This document shows, in pieces, positions 24,782-38,549 of a stretch of 64,000 nucleotides of DNA. The stretch comes from Lenisia limosa. Lineage: Eukaryota; Protista; Breviatea. Both the position numbers and the translations under genes were made by a program. The notes beneath the pieces are model-generated. The model saw nothing but the letters and a program-made list of their open reading frames with translations, was not told the DNA's origin and did no database searches. The stretch covers positions 5,711-69,710 of the forward strand of contig LPNZ01008239.1 in the NCBI GenBank assembly GCA_001655205.1. Reading direction: 5' to 3'. Positions within the stretch are counted from its first letter, which is position 1. The number at the start of each line of letters is the position of its first letter.

Positions 24782-27700
24782 TTAACACTGATATTCATCA
24801 TTAATGCCTACGCTCTCATTGACGAATTCAAAAGTGAGCGCTTCGACTGGGATTGGTCTAAACTTGTAAGATTCTTTATTGGGAAAAAATTAATTTGTTC
24901 CAAGCTATTTAGCCAAAAGATTTTGAACAGAAGACATTCAAAGAGATTCAATCTCACCCGAGTTCGACGCCAACGTTGCACTTGAACTGTGCAGCTGAAA
25001 GGTAAAGGAAGAATAATTGTGATCCAGTTCAATAATCACCAAGATAGCCTTTAGGTGAGGAATCCTGACAATGAGTAATACTCACATCAGAGTCAATAGC
25101 CCTCGTTTCCCCTCACCCTAGCTTGGGAAGATGATGGTGTCGTAATATGTGACGGAGGAGGTCTGCGATATTGTTAAATATTGTACACTGATAAAAGGGT
25201 ATCCGGTGTCATACTCTTCTTCTTTTGTGGCCACAACGATGTACCGTTTGCAATGCGAAAAGCGGTGAAAAGGCACTTCTTCAGGGGCAGGCTAAAATAT
25301 CAGGATTCGAGGTCAACCAAATCTTCCAAAACTATTGCAAAAATGACCATTAATTAGGCTATACAAACGTCACCAAAAGATACCCAACTGGAGGTTGGAA
25401 GAGCTCATCATCGTCATAATATGGTAATTCAGGCATTGGTGGAGGCTCAGGGGTGGCTGTCCTACTGCATGAGAAAAAAAATTATAATGTTGTTCTTGAC
25501 AGATTAGTTTTTTCACAATCCTCCTACCTGTTTGTCATTTTGTGAGACTTTGGGGGAACAGGAGACTCAGTTCGTTGTACCGACGTAATGATCGGTGTCA
25601 CAGTACTGCTAGCTACGGCGTGAATTGCTTCATATAATACCTCATATCCACTTCGACAAGCCTCAATGATTCTCTGTTACAATGGGATAAACCCTCGTGT
25701 ACGAAAATCGGTCATTTATCATCACAAGTGGATATGGGTTAACAAATGATATACTATACTATATTATAGTAGATACTAGTACTAATAGATATTATATGTT
25801 ATAAAAAGTAGCTATATGATATGTTTTACATAAGTTTTAGCTGTGAGTCGTTTGTAAGCTGCCCTTAAAACAATTTCGTAATAAATCTATAAAGCAACCC
25901 GTACTTGTTTTCTTAAAAGGTGTGGAAGGCGAAGAAGAACCTCTTGCAACTCGGACACTACAGTATAAAGGTTTCAACAAGAAGGCCCTTGAGACCCAGA
26001 GTGGACTTACCTGTAGGGTTGGGCAGGCTCTTTTCCAAGAAGGTTTGACATGAGAGGGGATGTTTGATGGAATGACTTAAAAAATTAAAAGCTTGGAACA
26101 ATAAAATGATAACGATAACAGTACTACCTTGATAATAGACGCCCCTGGTTTCTTTCTAGTAATAACAACCTCTTTGTCTCGATATAAATCGCGAAGTTTT
26201 GGAATTTCTGGCTCACCTGAAAAGACTAAGACCACACACCATAACTTGATTACAATCGATCTTTATTAACTTAAATGAATTGTATTTCACCATCAACCCC
26301 TTCTTCCTTCCCACTTTCTGAAGCAGATTGTCTCGTGTTGATGTTGAAAGTATCCGACCTAAGAACCCTACCAATTTCCTGTGTTGTTAAACTGAAAAAA
26401 ACTTAAAAGAAATTAAGACTATTTTTACTGCTACATCGTCTCACCTGTGTCAAATCGTTCCAACTTCGTCGTGGAAAGGCTGCAAAGGAAACATGGCACA
26501 TCATATTATGTACTGTCTGAAGGTAATAAGCAACTGAAAAAAGCACAATCCCAAAAATGACCAAGTTGGACTCCAATATACAAACCTCAAAAAAGAGCCG
26601 ATCTAAAAGGTTAGAAGCAAGAGAACAAGCTCATTGCACAAACCTTCCACTATATGCCGTGGTTTTGAAAAATGGATAATAATGTGTCCATAAAAGTAAG
26701 CCAGTTCTCTGCTGAAACGTTCAACATCTCCTTCTGCTTCTTCTCTGAAACGAGTATTAAGATATTTTGAATACTGCTATAATATGAGACAACTATTTTG
26801 GTTCAAGACAATAAGCTGTTGTCTTGTCGATTTCCCACTCTGAGGCATGTCCAAGTTGAAGTATCGCTCCAAGGTAAAAGAGCCCACTCCAAAGAAATTC
26901 ATGACTAAGAGAAGTGAATACCGAAAATGCCTTCAGAACGATACTCTGAACACCATTCAGAGTCGTCCCTACCAGAGCGTTGTTCTCGTAAAACTCTCAA
27001 AAGGGCCTCTTTTAGCGTCACTTGGCATGAACATTAACGACCGGGCTGATTGGTTATTAATCCAGATCAATAGATCAATACTCACTAATAACTGCTGCCA
27101 TATTGAATGAAGGGCTCTCAACATAAGGTGACCCCTGGGTAGCCGCTACTATTGATGAGCGTCTGGTTCGCCTGAATGGTTATCTCTGTCGGTTTCTTTT
27201 CACCTAAAAAAAGAAGAATCTCTTCGATGAAGTAATAGTTTCCAGACCAAAGCGTGAGTACAAGACAAAAAGATATGATATCATAGCATATGTAGGTTTG
27301 CCTCGGTTAAAAAGACTGATTAAACATTGAGGCTTAACGAGTACTTCTCAAGACAGTCTTTTTTAGAATGATATCAAATTTACTGAAGAGATGCCAACAT
27401 TTGAGGAGTGGGTGCGGAAAGAGACGACCGTCTTGTTGCCATTCTAGGAGGCTGTAGGGCCTACTGCATTAATATGTGTGTCAAGAGCAATTATCCAAAA
27501 CACCACCAAAGATTGTTATTCTTCTAGCTTTTGTCTTCCCCAAGTTACATCGATAAAAATACAAAGGTACTAAAATTATTACATGCTGGAACCAAGGAGG
27601 AGTATTACGCCTCCTAGCTGGAACAGCTTAGAGTTTAAACGCCCGACCATTCCTGCCACGGTATTTCAAAAGCTAAACTCACATTTGATGTCAGAGGCGA

Positions 27701-28076
27701 ATCCATCTGATTGTCCAAGTCCAGGGTTTGCAAAGAAGACCGGCGAGGCGTTGACGCCTGGTTGGTCAATTGGGAACAACACTTGGTGAAATCTACAAAA
27801 ATGACCCAGGGCGGAGTATGCACTTACCGCCAACACCACTTCACTCAAAACCTCAATCTGAAGTCCTCCAGGTGAGACCCCCCTTCCTCCCACAAGGCCC
27901 ACCACTCAACAACAGACCCCCCTTCCTCCCACAANNNNNNNNNNNNNNNNNNNNNNNNNNNNNNNNNNNNNNNNNNNNNNNNNNNNNNNNNNNNNNNNNN
28001 NNNNNNNNNNNNNNNGCGGTGTTGTTACCTCAACAACAGACGAAAGTGGTTCAACTCGAAATGAAGAAGTCCCCAT
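24782..28076 (-). CDS. Multi-exon hypothetical protein, possibly a divergent DH-PH (RhoGEF-like) protein with Pro-rich tail
   Basis: Many clean exons: SIVLKAFSVFTSLSHEFL, EIGRVLRSDTFNIN, LRDLYRDKEVVITRKK, RIIEACRSGY, TPEPPPMPELPYY. Resemblance to DH-PH is only loose. The 5' exons could not be phased unambiguously and may belong to a second gene. Confidence 0.35.
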
Positions 28077-28518
28077 GCTTAATGACTAAAGTTGATTATA
28101 ACATAAGAATATTTCACCATCCTCATTTTGCTGAAGACTTTTTTATTGAAGAATACAAACAACCACCAACTGAAGCTGAAGGGGGGGTACTGTGCTTTTC
28201 TTGATCTTGTTTGTATCGCTGGTTTGCACGTGTGATTAGGGTAGGTGGAGTCTGGATGGGAGAGCCACTCCTTAGTGTGCCCTTAGTCCACCCTGAGTCA
28301 ATTATTAGTTATTTCACTATTTCACTGTCGTTTCACTGTGATTTGATTGGTTAGCGTTGGGTTAGCGGGGGGGGGCAAGCATTTATCAATTTTTTTCGAA
28401 GAGTATCGAAAAGTTTCGATGGGTGTACAATATAAATACCGCATGGTTGTTTTTTAAAACGCCGGAGGAAATTGTTTCCGTGAACAAAAACAACAACAAA
28501 AGAACAAAAGAGTAAATT

Positions 28519-31500
28519 ATGGGGGATGCAGAGCCACGTGAATTGAGCAAGCCTTTCTGGGTAAATGGGCTTATTTGCAAACATACGAGAAATTTGGAGA
28601 ATACAAGTGTAATTAATGATTAGGTTGTTGCTAAGCATCGCTTTGAAGCCCAGGAAGATAGCGATTTACCTTTTGTGAAGGGTGATCACATCCTTGTTAC
28701 CCATGAAATTGACACAGGTTGGTATAATCATGCGGAATCTGTGCTCAGAACAAATAAGTATGGAGAGTTTGGAATCTCAAGATTCCTTCAATCAATTTTG
28801 CCTCTCCTCCCTTCCCTAGCTCTGATATATCGTGGATATACCTGTCTTTCAGTCTGTTTTTACATAACTTTTATTCTGTGCTCTTTCATGTCTATCCCCT
28901 GTCCAGTGTCGTCACCCTTTTGCTTTCCTCTCTTCTTTTATGGACAGAATGGCAAAAATGAAGAGATTAATTATCATTGGCTATTCATAAAGTATTTCAA
29001 GTTTTTTGAATATCAAAGTATAAAATTTCAGTTCTTTTTAATTTGATTGTCAAATCCGCGTTTACCCCTTAGAGTGGAGTTTGGGCACTTTGAATGGCAA
29101 ATCCGGTCAGATTCCAATGAACTATGTTGAAAAAGTGGTTGATGGAAACAGCATTGAAGCGGGCACCAAGGTTAGTGAGAATAAAGGCTTGTAAGAGATT
29201 GATCTCCACAGTTACGAGCGTTATATGACTTCGATGTGCAAGAAGACGACGATCTTGGGTTCAGTGAGGGCCAGATTATCGAGGTCATCACATCGGACGG
29301 TGACTGGTGGACTGGCAAGGTTGATGGCAAAGAAGGCAAATTCCCCTCAAGTGGGTGTTGCATTGTCTTTTCTGTTTTTAACTTTTAGACTATGTTCGCG
29401 AACTCGAAGAAGGAGAGGTCGGTTTCATTGTGTTGCACTTTTGTTGTTTTGTGTTTTCGCCTCAGATAGTGGTTGTCCCAAAAAACATATTTTTCTTCAG
29501 CCATTGTTTTTTTTCTAAGTCCTCAAAGTCACGATTTTAGCTGACAGCTGATGCAACTAAGAAATCATGCGCTCCTCTTCCCCCCAAAGTAGGAGTGCTA
29601 TATTTGTTGATTACTAAAACCAAGGCTACTTTTAACGTGAAAATATATCATATAGTATATGATATATGTATATGATATGTATAATATATATATATCATAT
29701 ATATATATATGAAATAACAATTCCCGAATATGTTTTTTTTTTTTTTTTTTTTAACTGATCTTTGGGTATTANNNNNNNNNNNNNNNNNNNNNNNNNNNNN
29801 NNNNNNNNNNNNNNNNNNNNNNNNNNNNNNNNNNNNNNNNNNNNNNNNNNNNCAGGTGGACCGAAGCGATTAGAGGCTCAAATATACTTTTAAAATCGCA
29901 GAACATAACTAAACTCCAAGTTTTGATAATTCAATATGGTTATATTATAGACCCAAATGTCAGCTTGCTATTAATGTAACCGTGTTACGCTGTTATTCTC
30001 CTCAGGCTAACCCTCCTGCTTTCAAGCCTGGTGATTACATTTCTGTAACTAAAGACTATGAAGGACAAAGTAGGTGTAACTAACATTTTGTTCAAATCAA
30101 TGGTTGGGCTCAAATGTTTAGAGTCAGATGAGCTTTCCATGACCAAAGGAGATGAAGCCCAGATCCTCACTGTTCGTATGTTGGGTAGTGGGAAGAACCA
30201 TATGCTGAGTTGGGAGGGAACATATTGATAATTACCATGTTATTTAAAACTACAATGTCAGCAATTACCCTTCCAGAAGGTGACTGGTTGATGTTGACCT
30301 TTAAGGGTCGAGAAGGACTCTTCCCCACCACCCACATTATCAACCGTTTGTTTGGTTTGGGCGTTGGAAGGACTTTTAATTCAGAATATTAACTAGTTTA
30401 GGCAAGGACCTTCCGGTCGAGGAAGAAAAACCTGTTGAGCCTCTTCCTGAAGAAGACGTAAGCCTCAGCCAGAATGATCAAAGTTTATCCCTTTAGTCCA
30501 CTGAACAGTTCTTTGTTGAACCAGAAGAGACCAAGTAGGCTGTTGTGGTATTTCTTTGCGACTCTTTTACCTTGGTAATTACCCCCAGACCTGAAGAGCC
30601 TGTTGTTGCCGTGGATGACGGGAGGATTGCGGAGCTACAGGCCTCAAACGCTACCCTCCAGGAACAGGTTAAGACCGCTGAGGTGGGCTTGCTTTGACTA
30701 CTGGCAGGGATTTTGTGATAAATTTAGATCCTATCTTGGTGTTTTGTTATAATTTTCGTTCTTACAACCCTAGGCTGCCTTGGCAGCATCGTCAGAAGAA
30801 GTTACCTCAGCTAGAGCCGACTTGGATCAGACTAAAACGGAACTGCAATCCACCGCCGCCGTATGTCGGAGTTCAACGGGCTACTTTCTGCATCCATGCT
30901 AATGCTGTTCTAGGACCTGGAGGCAAAAATGACCGAACTCAGCAGCAAGGCTGACGATATCGAGGCTTTGACCAAACAGGTGGAAAGTGTATCGCGGAAA
31001 CTCGAAGCAAAAGAGGCTGAAGTGGAACAAAAGGAAAACGAGAGACTTGACGCAACTGAGGAAGCACAAACCGCCAAAAACGAAGTCTGCCTTCTAGGGT
31101 GTCAAAATGCAATGCGCAGTGACTAATAATGCAGACTGAGGCCATGCGCGCTGAGCGTGATGAAGCGGTCCATGCCAGGGCCGCAGCCGAGGATGAACTT
31201 AAATCCGCGGGTGCTGCTGCTGAAGGGTGGGTAAAGGGAGATTCCTTAAATCCTAAAAAAAATAATCATAAACAAGCAAAAACACTCAAGGAAGGGTTCA
31301 AAAACGGGTAGTGTCTCTTGAATTCATGCTAAAATAACCATGCAGCACACAAGCCCTGGTTGATGAGCTGAACACCGAGCAAAGTGCCCATCAAGAAACC
31401 AGTGTTGCCCTCCAAAATATCACCCAGGAGAAAAAGGTCCTTGAAGATCAGGTTGGTACCCTTCTTGCTGTTGTGATCTTTTCTACAATTTTAGTCAGCT

Positions 31501-33590
31501 CATCCCCCAGGTTGCCTCGCTCAAAGCTGAGCTTGAATCAACGAAGTCTTCTGCTGGTTTGGACAATTGGGCAGTTATTTTTGAAATGTTCATGAAACTA
31601 CGTTAAATGTTTATGATGATGTTATTGATATGATGCTCTGATAGGATCTACTATGTCATACATACCATATCATATGATATATTATGATATCAGTTCTGTG
31701 CAGATGGTATAATATTGAAATACCCTATTTAATGGTATGTATAGAAGCCGCCACTCAAAAAGCCTCTTCAAATGGTGCTGCTGCTGATGAAGATAAACAA
31801 CTGGTACGGGAAGAGCTGTACAATACACACAGGCTTGAATTTTCCCAAAGCTGTTATGACCTCATTTTTCTCACTATTATTTGCAGTTGGAAGCAGAAGT
31901 GGCACAATTGAAGCAGGCACTGGAGGAAGAAAAGGCCAAAACTACAAGTCAAGCCCAAGAGAACGACGAACTGAAGAAGGTTAGTTCCTAAATACTTTCA
32001 AAAAGCAACATTCACAAAAGGCTAACTCTATTTAGGAGGCAGCAGCTCACGACAACGCCCAAGCCAAGACCCAAGGTAGCTGGCAACTATCACCTTCGCA
32101 CTGCACTTTTTTGGCTATCTTCAAAATAGCTTATCAAACCGGTCAATAGCTCCATCATAGTACATAGTATTATATGATATACTATATGATATACTATACT
32201 ACTATATGATATATATTGTCAGATGATCTACTAGATTATATCGATATCATATGATATTATTATAATATACTACGTATGATATAATATGACATGAGAGGTT
32301 ATGGGGAAAACTTGCTTCGGTAAACTTGGTCATAACAAGGGAAGTCTCGATTACAATAAGGGGGTTTTGAAGCACTGAGAGAAGATGTGACGAATATCAT
32401 CTCTACAGCTCATGAATAGCTTTCCTGTATCAGGACATCTACTCTCCTCTTTTTTTTAAGTTTTGTACATATGATATGTATCCAATATCACAACATTGTA
32501 TCTAAATAGACCAGAGTTGGTGAGGAAATTATCACAANNNNNNNNNNNNNNNNNNNNNNNNNNNNNNNNNNNNNNNNNNNNNNNNNNNNNNNNNNNNNNN
32601 NNNNNNNNNNNNNNNNNNNNNNNNNNNNNNNNNNNNNNNNNNNNNNTAATATGTATTCAACTCTACTTTTTACTTTGCTCCGTCCCCCCCTCTCTTACAC
32701 TAAAGCTGCTGAAGATCGGGCTATCAAGGCGGAGAAGAGGGTTACTGAGCTAGAGAATGAACTCAAGGAAGCTAAGAAGGCAAAGGGTAGGCAGAGAATT
32801 ATGCCCACAATGGTGCTTATCACTTCGCAGCTCCAGCGCCAGCAAAACCTGCCTCAACTAAACCTGCCCCGGCGAAGGCTCAGTCCAAGCCCGCTCCAGC
32901 CCAGGGTAAGCGCAGACATTACTTGCAATCTTTTACGTTTTTATTTGTTGTTATTTGAAAACCTTAAATTTCAGCTCCGAAGCCTACCCCTGCTCCTGCT
33001 AAAGGTTGGTATCGCCATTGTCGTCGTGTTCCTTATTAAAAAGGAGATCATACGTTTGAAATGATAGTATTTTGAAAAGTAATATATGATATACTATACT
33101 ATAGTCATTTCATATATGCATATGGATATGATATGATATAGTATATAATATAGTATATCTAATAATTATCATATACTATGATATAATATTACATTCAATA
33201 TTATAGTAAAACATATCACATGTACATGTGTGCTTATTGAGCGTTTTACTCTCTTCCTTTTAAATGACCGTCCTTTAGCTCCCGCGCGCCCCGCTGAGCC
33301 AGTTCGTTCCAATTCTCCCCAGAAGTCTGAAACACCGGCTAAGAATGAGCAGTTCCTTTCTGGTGGGTGAACTTGGACCTCTCTCGATTCTTTCTCAACC
33401 CAGTGTATAAGTTGGAGTTACTTTTACTTGCAGTTCGTGAGCTTCTCGCCCGGGGCCGTTTTGAAAAGAAGGAAGAGGATAGCCTTCCTAAGCGTAAGGG
33501 GCTTTGCTGTTATGGATTCGCTGTAACATCATATCTCATAACCTGACAGGTCCCCCTCCCCCTCGTAAAGAGTTCCGTGGAAATTATTAA
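28519..33590 (+). CDS. Adaptor with three N-terminal SH3 domains, a long coiled coil and a Pro/Ala-rich C-terminus
   Basis: SH3-1 VVAKHRFEAQEDSDLPFVKGD...EWSLGTLNGKSGQIPMNYV. SH3-2 LRALYDFDVQEDDDLGFSEGQIIEVITSDGDWWTGKVDGKEGKFPSNYV. SH3-3 KDYEG..ESDELSMTKGD...GDWLMLTFKGREGLFP. These are followed by E/K/A-rich heptads and PAPAKP-type repeats. Stop TAA 33588-33590. Confidence 0.85.
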
Positions 33591-33723
33591 TTTTGACTTT
33601 TTTGGGGTTTTTGTTGTTGTGTAATATGTATTTAATGGGTGTGGAAACTGGGGAAAGAAAATTAACTCCATTGTGACAAAGACTTAAAAATAGATCTAGA
33701 TACCTGATGGGTTTGGTGAAGCC

Positions 33724-36700
33724 CTACATTCCAATGACGCTCATCTAAATGGTCAATTGGCAATTCATTTTAACAGAAAAGCTAAGATAAAGTGAAGCCA
33801 GCTTTCTTTACCACCAAACCTTAGACGTAGCAGCATTACGTTTTGTCTGCTCAAGCTCAACCTCCTTGAACATGGCCTTGGTTTGCTTCTTACGGCTTCG
33901 CGCTTCCTATGAAAATTAGACCACAAATTACATAAAGACCCCTACCCTCTTTTCAGCCTTAAGCTGAGCCTTTCTCTCCTTTTTGTCGCTTTTGTCTTCC
34001 TTCTTTTCTCTCTTCTCTCCTTTATTGACAATTCTGGGGAGGGGTAAAATGAATAAGTGACACAGAATTGTCCAAAAAAAAAACTCAAAATCCACACACA
34101 GCCAAAGTTCATCAAGTGACACAAATAACATCAAAGCCCTACATTAGGTCGTCGTCAAGCTCATCAAGATCAGATTCGGACTCCGATTCCTCCTTCACTC
34201 TTCAATAGTTAAAAAGTGCATTGCCAAAGCTGACAACATGCTACCGTAACAATTCATTCTCCCCTCTCACGTTCTGCCGTAGCCTACTGGAACACCTTGT
34301 TTGTCCAGTTCAATCTTCTTGCGGGGTTTTCTAGTTCATTGTAAGTCTCGTCGAAAGGGTGGAATATGAACCTTGCAACATGCCAAATACAAACCAACCT
34401 GGTGTCAATAATGCGAGGGTGATTCTCAGTGTTGGTGTAGGTAGTGATAATCGTCTCACAGTCCCATTGCTGACCTTGATTTTGTGGAATATTATCCTAA
34501 ATTGCCAGATTAATCTGATTATAATATAACATAATATGATGGCGGTATGATTTTTTAATTAACTATTTCAGGATGTTCAGAGGGACGGACGAGGATTTGA
34601 TGAAAAAACAATCATGACTATACAAGAGGGCTGCGACGGGTAGATATGAGCAATCATACACCGGAAGATTGGAAACGTCATTTTTTACAGTGATATTGGT
34701 CCAATATTGTCATTCAAATGAAAGTCCTCAAACTTTATCACATGACATTTGCCATATTCGGGCTTCATATACATACGTCATATTTTTTTCCTTTGACGTG
34801 TCACCAAAGTTTCCTTTCTTTCCCCCTCCCNNNNNNNNNNNNNNNNNNNNNNNNNNNNNNNNNNNNNNNNNNNNNNNNNNNNNNNNNNNNNNNNNNNNNN
34901 NNNNNNNNNNNNNNNNNNNNNNNATTTATTTGAAAATTTGGTTTTGAAAAAAATATGACGCATTTCTCAAAAAAAAGACATTTCCAATTGCCCTTGGGTA
35001 TATGATACAAAAAAAACAGTTATTTAATACTAAAACGATGATAACTTCAACATTTCGTATTATTTATGCTGTAGACAATCGATAAAAACGTCAATTTTTT
35101 ATGAAAAGGATCATCACATCCACACCTTGAGAGGGTCATACCAAACAGTCTTTTTCTTCATACGTGCAGCTGGGGCACTTGCCTAAAGAGTAAGGGAATA
35201 TTTCAAATAACAACTGAGAGTTTTCAAAATCAAAAGAAAACGGGGACCCCTCACCTGAGCCAGAGCAGCGAAAGTTAATTTGGGAGCTTCTGTTTTCTCT
35301 GTAACTGATTCTGGTACTGCCTGCGCTTCAGCTTCCTTTAGTTGCTGAAAGGTCAATCTCCAGTTTGAAAAAATATAATAGTAAGTAGTTCCTAACCCCC
35401 ACTTTTTCTTTTTTAAGCTGCTCGCGCCTCAGGGCCTTTTCTTCCTCCTTCTTGTTCAATCGCTCAATCTTAGACTGTGAAAACTAAATTCAAAGTTGAA
35501 AGATTTCAAAGGCAAGATAAAACTGTGAATTAAAACGGCCCTTGTACTCTGGCGATTTCTCTGTGTGCCGTTTCCCGAGTGAAGTCATCCATTTGTGCTT
35601 CATATGTTCCCTTCTTGTTTTGTTCGTCCTAGACAATTAGAAATGAAACCCAAAATGTAATTTTTGGATAACAAATGCTGTCATTATTTACCTCCCTTCC
35701 ATAAAAAATATCACACTGTGGTTCACAATATCGACGGCTCTCTGGCACCGCCCACTGAGAGATACTGGTCAAACACGTGGTCAAAAGCAGACATATCCTT
35801 GGTGGTTCCTGCAGTGATTCTTTCGTCACTCTGTGCAATGAGGCATGAATCACGTTCACATTAACAAATCAAACAACTTACCTCGCTGAGATACCCGATA
35901 TCCTCATCTCTGTATTCATTCTCGAGAAGTTCGTCAAATTCATCATTCATTGTCTGTTCAAACTCATTTGTTCTTGAGACGTCCCTTGAATCTCCGAGTG
36001 CAAGAGCCTGTTGAGTCAGAAGAGAAAAATAATAGTGGTCCATACCTTATGGAAGTTCATTCCAGCACCACCCAAGAATGGCGCAGCCGCCATCAGAGCG
36101 TCAATGTCCACTTCCTCCTCTTCAACTGGAATAGTTGAACAGTGGAACTTAGTAAAGGATGAATGATGTGGCATAAACTAAATACTATGTGTAATAATTA
36201 GGGCTTCCTTATGATCCAAAAAAAGACTGAATTTTTCGATCAATCCTCGAAAAATATCAATATATTACCTTTCTTTTTTTCCGACCAAAGGGAAGCCCTA
36301 GTAATAACATTTTGATGTTACAATAAAACAGGATTGTCAATCCAAACAGGGACCGCACCAATTGTAGGGGTGGAAAAGAGTTAATAGTAGTACGAACTAA
36401 AACACCAAATAGATCACAAAAACTGACATAGTACCACACAAAACTCCATTGGTTTGAAGATATTGGCTTACCTTCCTCTACCATATCCGAGTATTCTGAT
36501 CCACTGTCTTCTCCATCTCCATCACTAAAAAAATGTTATTTTGCAGTTGACTTAATCGAAATAATAAAGGGATATACAGTCTCAAGAACAAACAAAATAC
36601 ATCCAAATTATACCTGAACATATCATCATCATCAATATCTTCCCATTCGTCGTCATTGTCATCCTCCTGATCTTGGCCTTCAACTAAACCATGATAGACT

Positions 36701-38549
36701 GAAATATCGAAAATGTATTGATGCAAAGCCGAATTGAGCAAAAACATACCCTTCTTTCTGCCATTTGCAAGGGTCATAAATTCATCATCCAACTAAAACA
36801 AGAGTCAGAAAACGAAAACCATTATTAATTGAAGGATCCCTCAACTATCAGGATGTTGGAACCCTACATATAAACAGGTAAAGTAACTAACTGGGTGGAA
36901 ACAGATGTCAAGGTTCTCTATTTTAAAGCTATATCAACGTGAAATACAAATGACTATATCATATAAACCTTAAAAAATACAGTTAGTCTACTGCTCAATT
37001 TCTTATAACCTCCCGCCATCACATTCTGTCTGCTGGTCGATGCAATGACCAACTTTACGGTTCAAATGACGAAAAAAACAAGCGGCTCTTCAAAATAATC
37101 ACGTTTTTCAAACATGTTTTAACCCTCATACATCATCTTCTACCATCTGCTCATCAGCTAGCATGTCAACCCGGTGGAACTCATTTTCAATGTCAATATC
37201 CAGACCGTCTCCATACTCCGCTGAATGCACGATGGTTGGATCGTCATCTGAGATTGTGGGACTGCATATTCAACAATTCAACTACAACCACCAGCAGCAT
37301 ACCTTTAGAACCAGGAAGAAGATGGGGAGGAAGCTTCTCAAGTAAAGCTTGAGGAATCTCACTGAGTCCCTTTTTACGAAGATCTACCACGCCAATATCA
37401 ACATCCTAAATACCATCAAACAAGAAAACTGTACAGGAAAGGGAAAAAACAAAAGATATTGATAAAAGATTTTTAAAAATCATCATGCTGCCCACCTCCT
37501 TCTTGACCTTTTTCAATCCAAGAGCCTCCACAAAGTGCCCTGTACCCATCTGCTTCATATGCTTGCTGCAAGATGAGGGTTGTGAACGGAGGTTTAAGAA
37601 TAGAGGAATGGAAAACCTGATAAAAAGGAGTATACCTGTAGTCATAGCCATCGTCTGGCACTCCATGATCGAGGAGCTCAGCGGCTGTTAACTTCTTGTT
37701 ATCCTAATAGATGTAACCATGTTGACAAGGCAGTTACCAAATGCCATTTCCCAACCTTCTCTTTTTGCTTTTCGTTCTGAATAGTTCCACCAGTCGGAAA
37801 CTCCTCTGATAAAAATAAGCAAATAATAATAAATGACAATTGCCAAAAAACAATTCCAAATCCCAAGTCAAAAAAAGAGAGTGAACTGGAGTTCACATCC
37901 CAATCTGAGGACTTCTCAAAAAACCCAACTCCCTTGTCAGTCCCCTCCTCCATAAGGACGTACATATCTCACCACCTCCAACCACACCACACCACCTTCA
38001 AGTATCCCTTGGAACTACCTCCAACCCACACAACCACTATTTTTGACCAAACCACCTTCAACAATGGTCACTAAAAGACCCAGGGAGTATCCATTGGGAC
38101 CGTTTTCAAAGGGAAATAATTTTTGTAGGACGCAACCCATGGGATTATCTATGGGATTTGGGTGGGCGGAAAAGCGGGACGTGGGTCTGCTCCTCCCAAA
38201 TCCCATCTGCCAAAATCTCTAATATACTAAAAAAAAAAAATAGTATTTGAAGTGGGGAGTCACACGACAATCACCAAAAGACAGAAACCATCATAACATC
38301 ATAACCATTCATACTCGTTGTCCCCTTGACTGGCATAAGATAGAAGTCGCCATCATCGGAAGGGTCAACAACATAGTCCTCATTGGAAACTTTAGACTAA
38401 AGTAGAGTGAAAAAGCCCCAGGTAGACGGTTGAGACTTACAGCCTTGTGGACCAAGTGGTAGGTTTGGCCTTGCTTTTTGTCAAAACGCTTTTTTCTTCC
38501 CTACAGATGGATATTAGCAGCCTATTTCCTCAGAGAGACACTGTACCAT
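33724..38549 (-). CDS. LTV1: LTV1 40S ribosome biogenesis factor
   Basis: MGRKKRFDKKQGQTYHLVHKA, GVPDDGYDY..HMKQMG, acidic middle, WDCETIITTYTNTENHPRII and basic C-terminus RKKQTKAMFK. Confidence 0.88.
36199..36300. mobile_element. ~100-bp MITE-like element, copy 3 (LTV1 intron, opposite orientation)
   Basis: TA-GGGCTTCC...GGAAGCCC-TA termini (TA-flanked). It contains AGACTGAATTTTTCGAT, the reverse complement of the core with one mismatch. Confidence 0.72.

Noticed and set aside
27100-27200. GYPGVTLC resembling the ENaC/DEG FPAVTIC motif
   Set aside because: Isolated match with no flanking transmembrane or Cys-rich domain, and the reading frame is uncertain.
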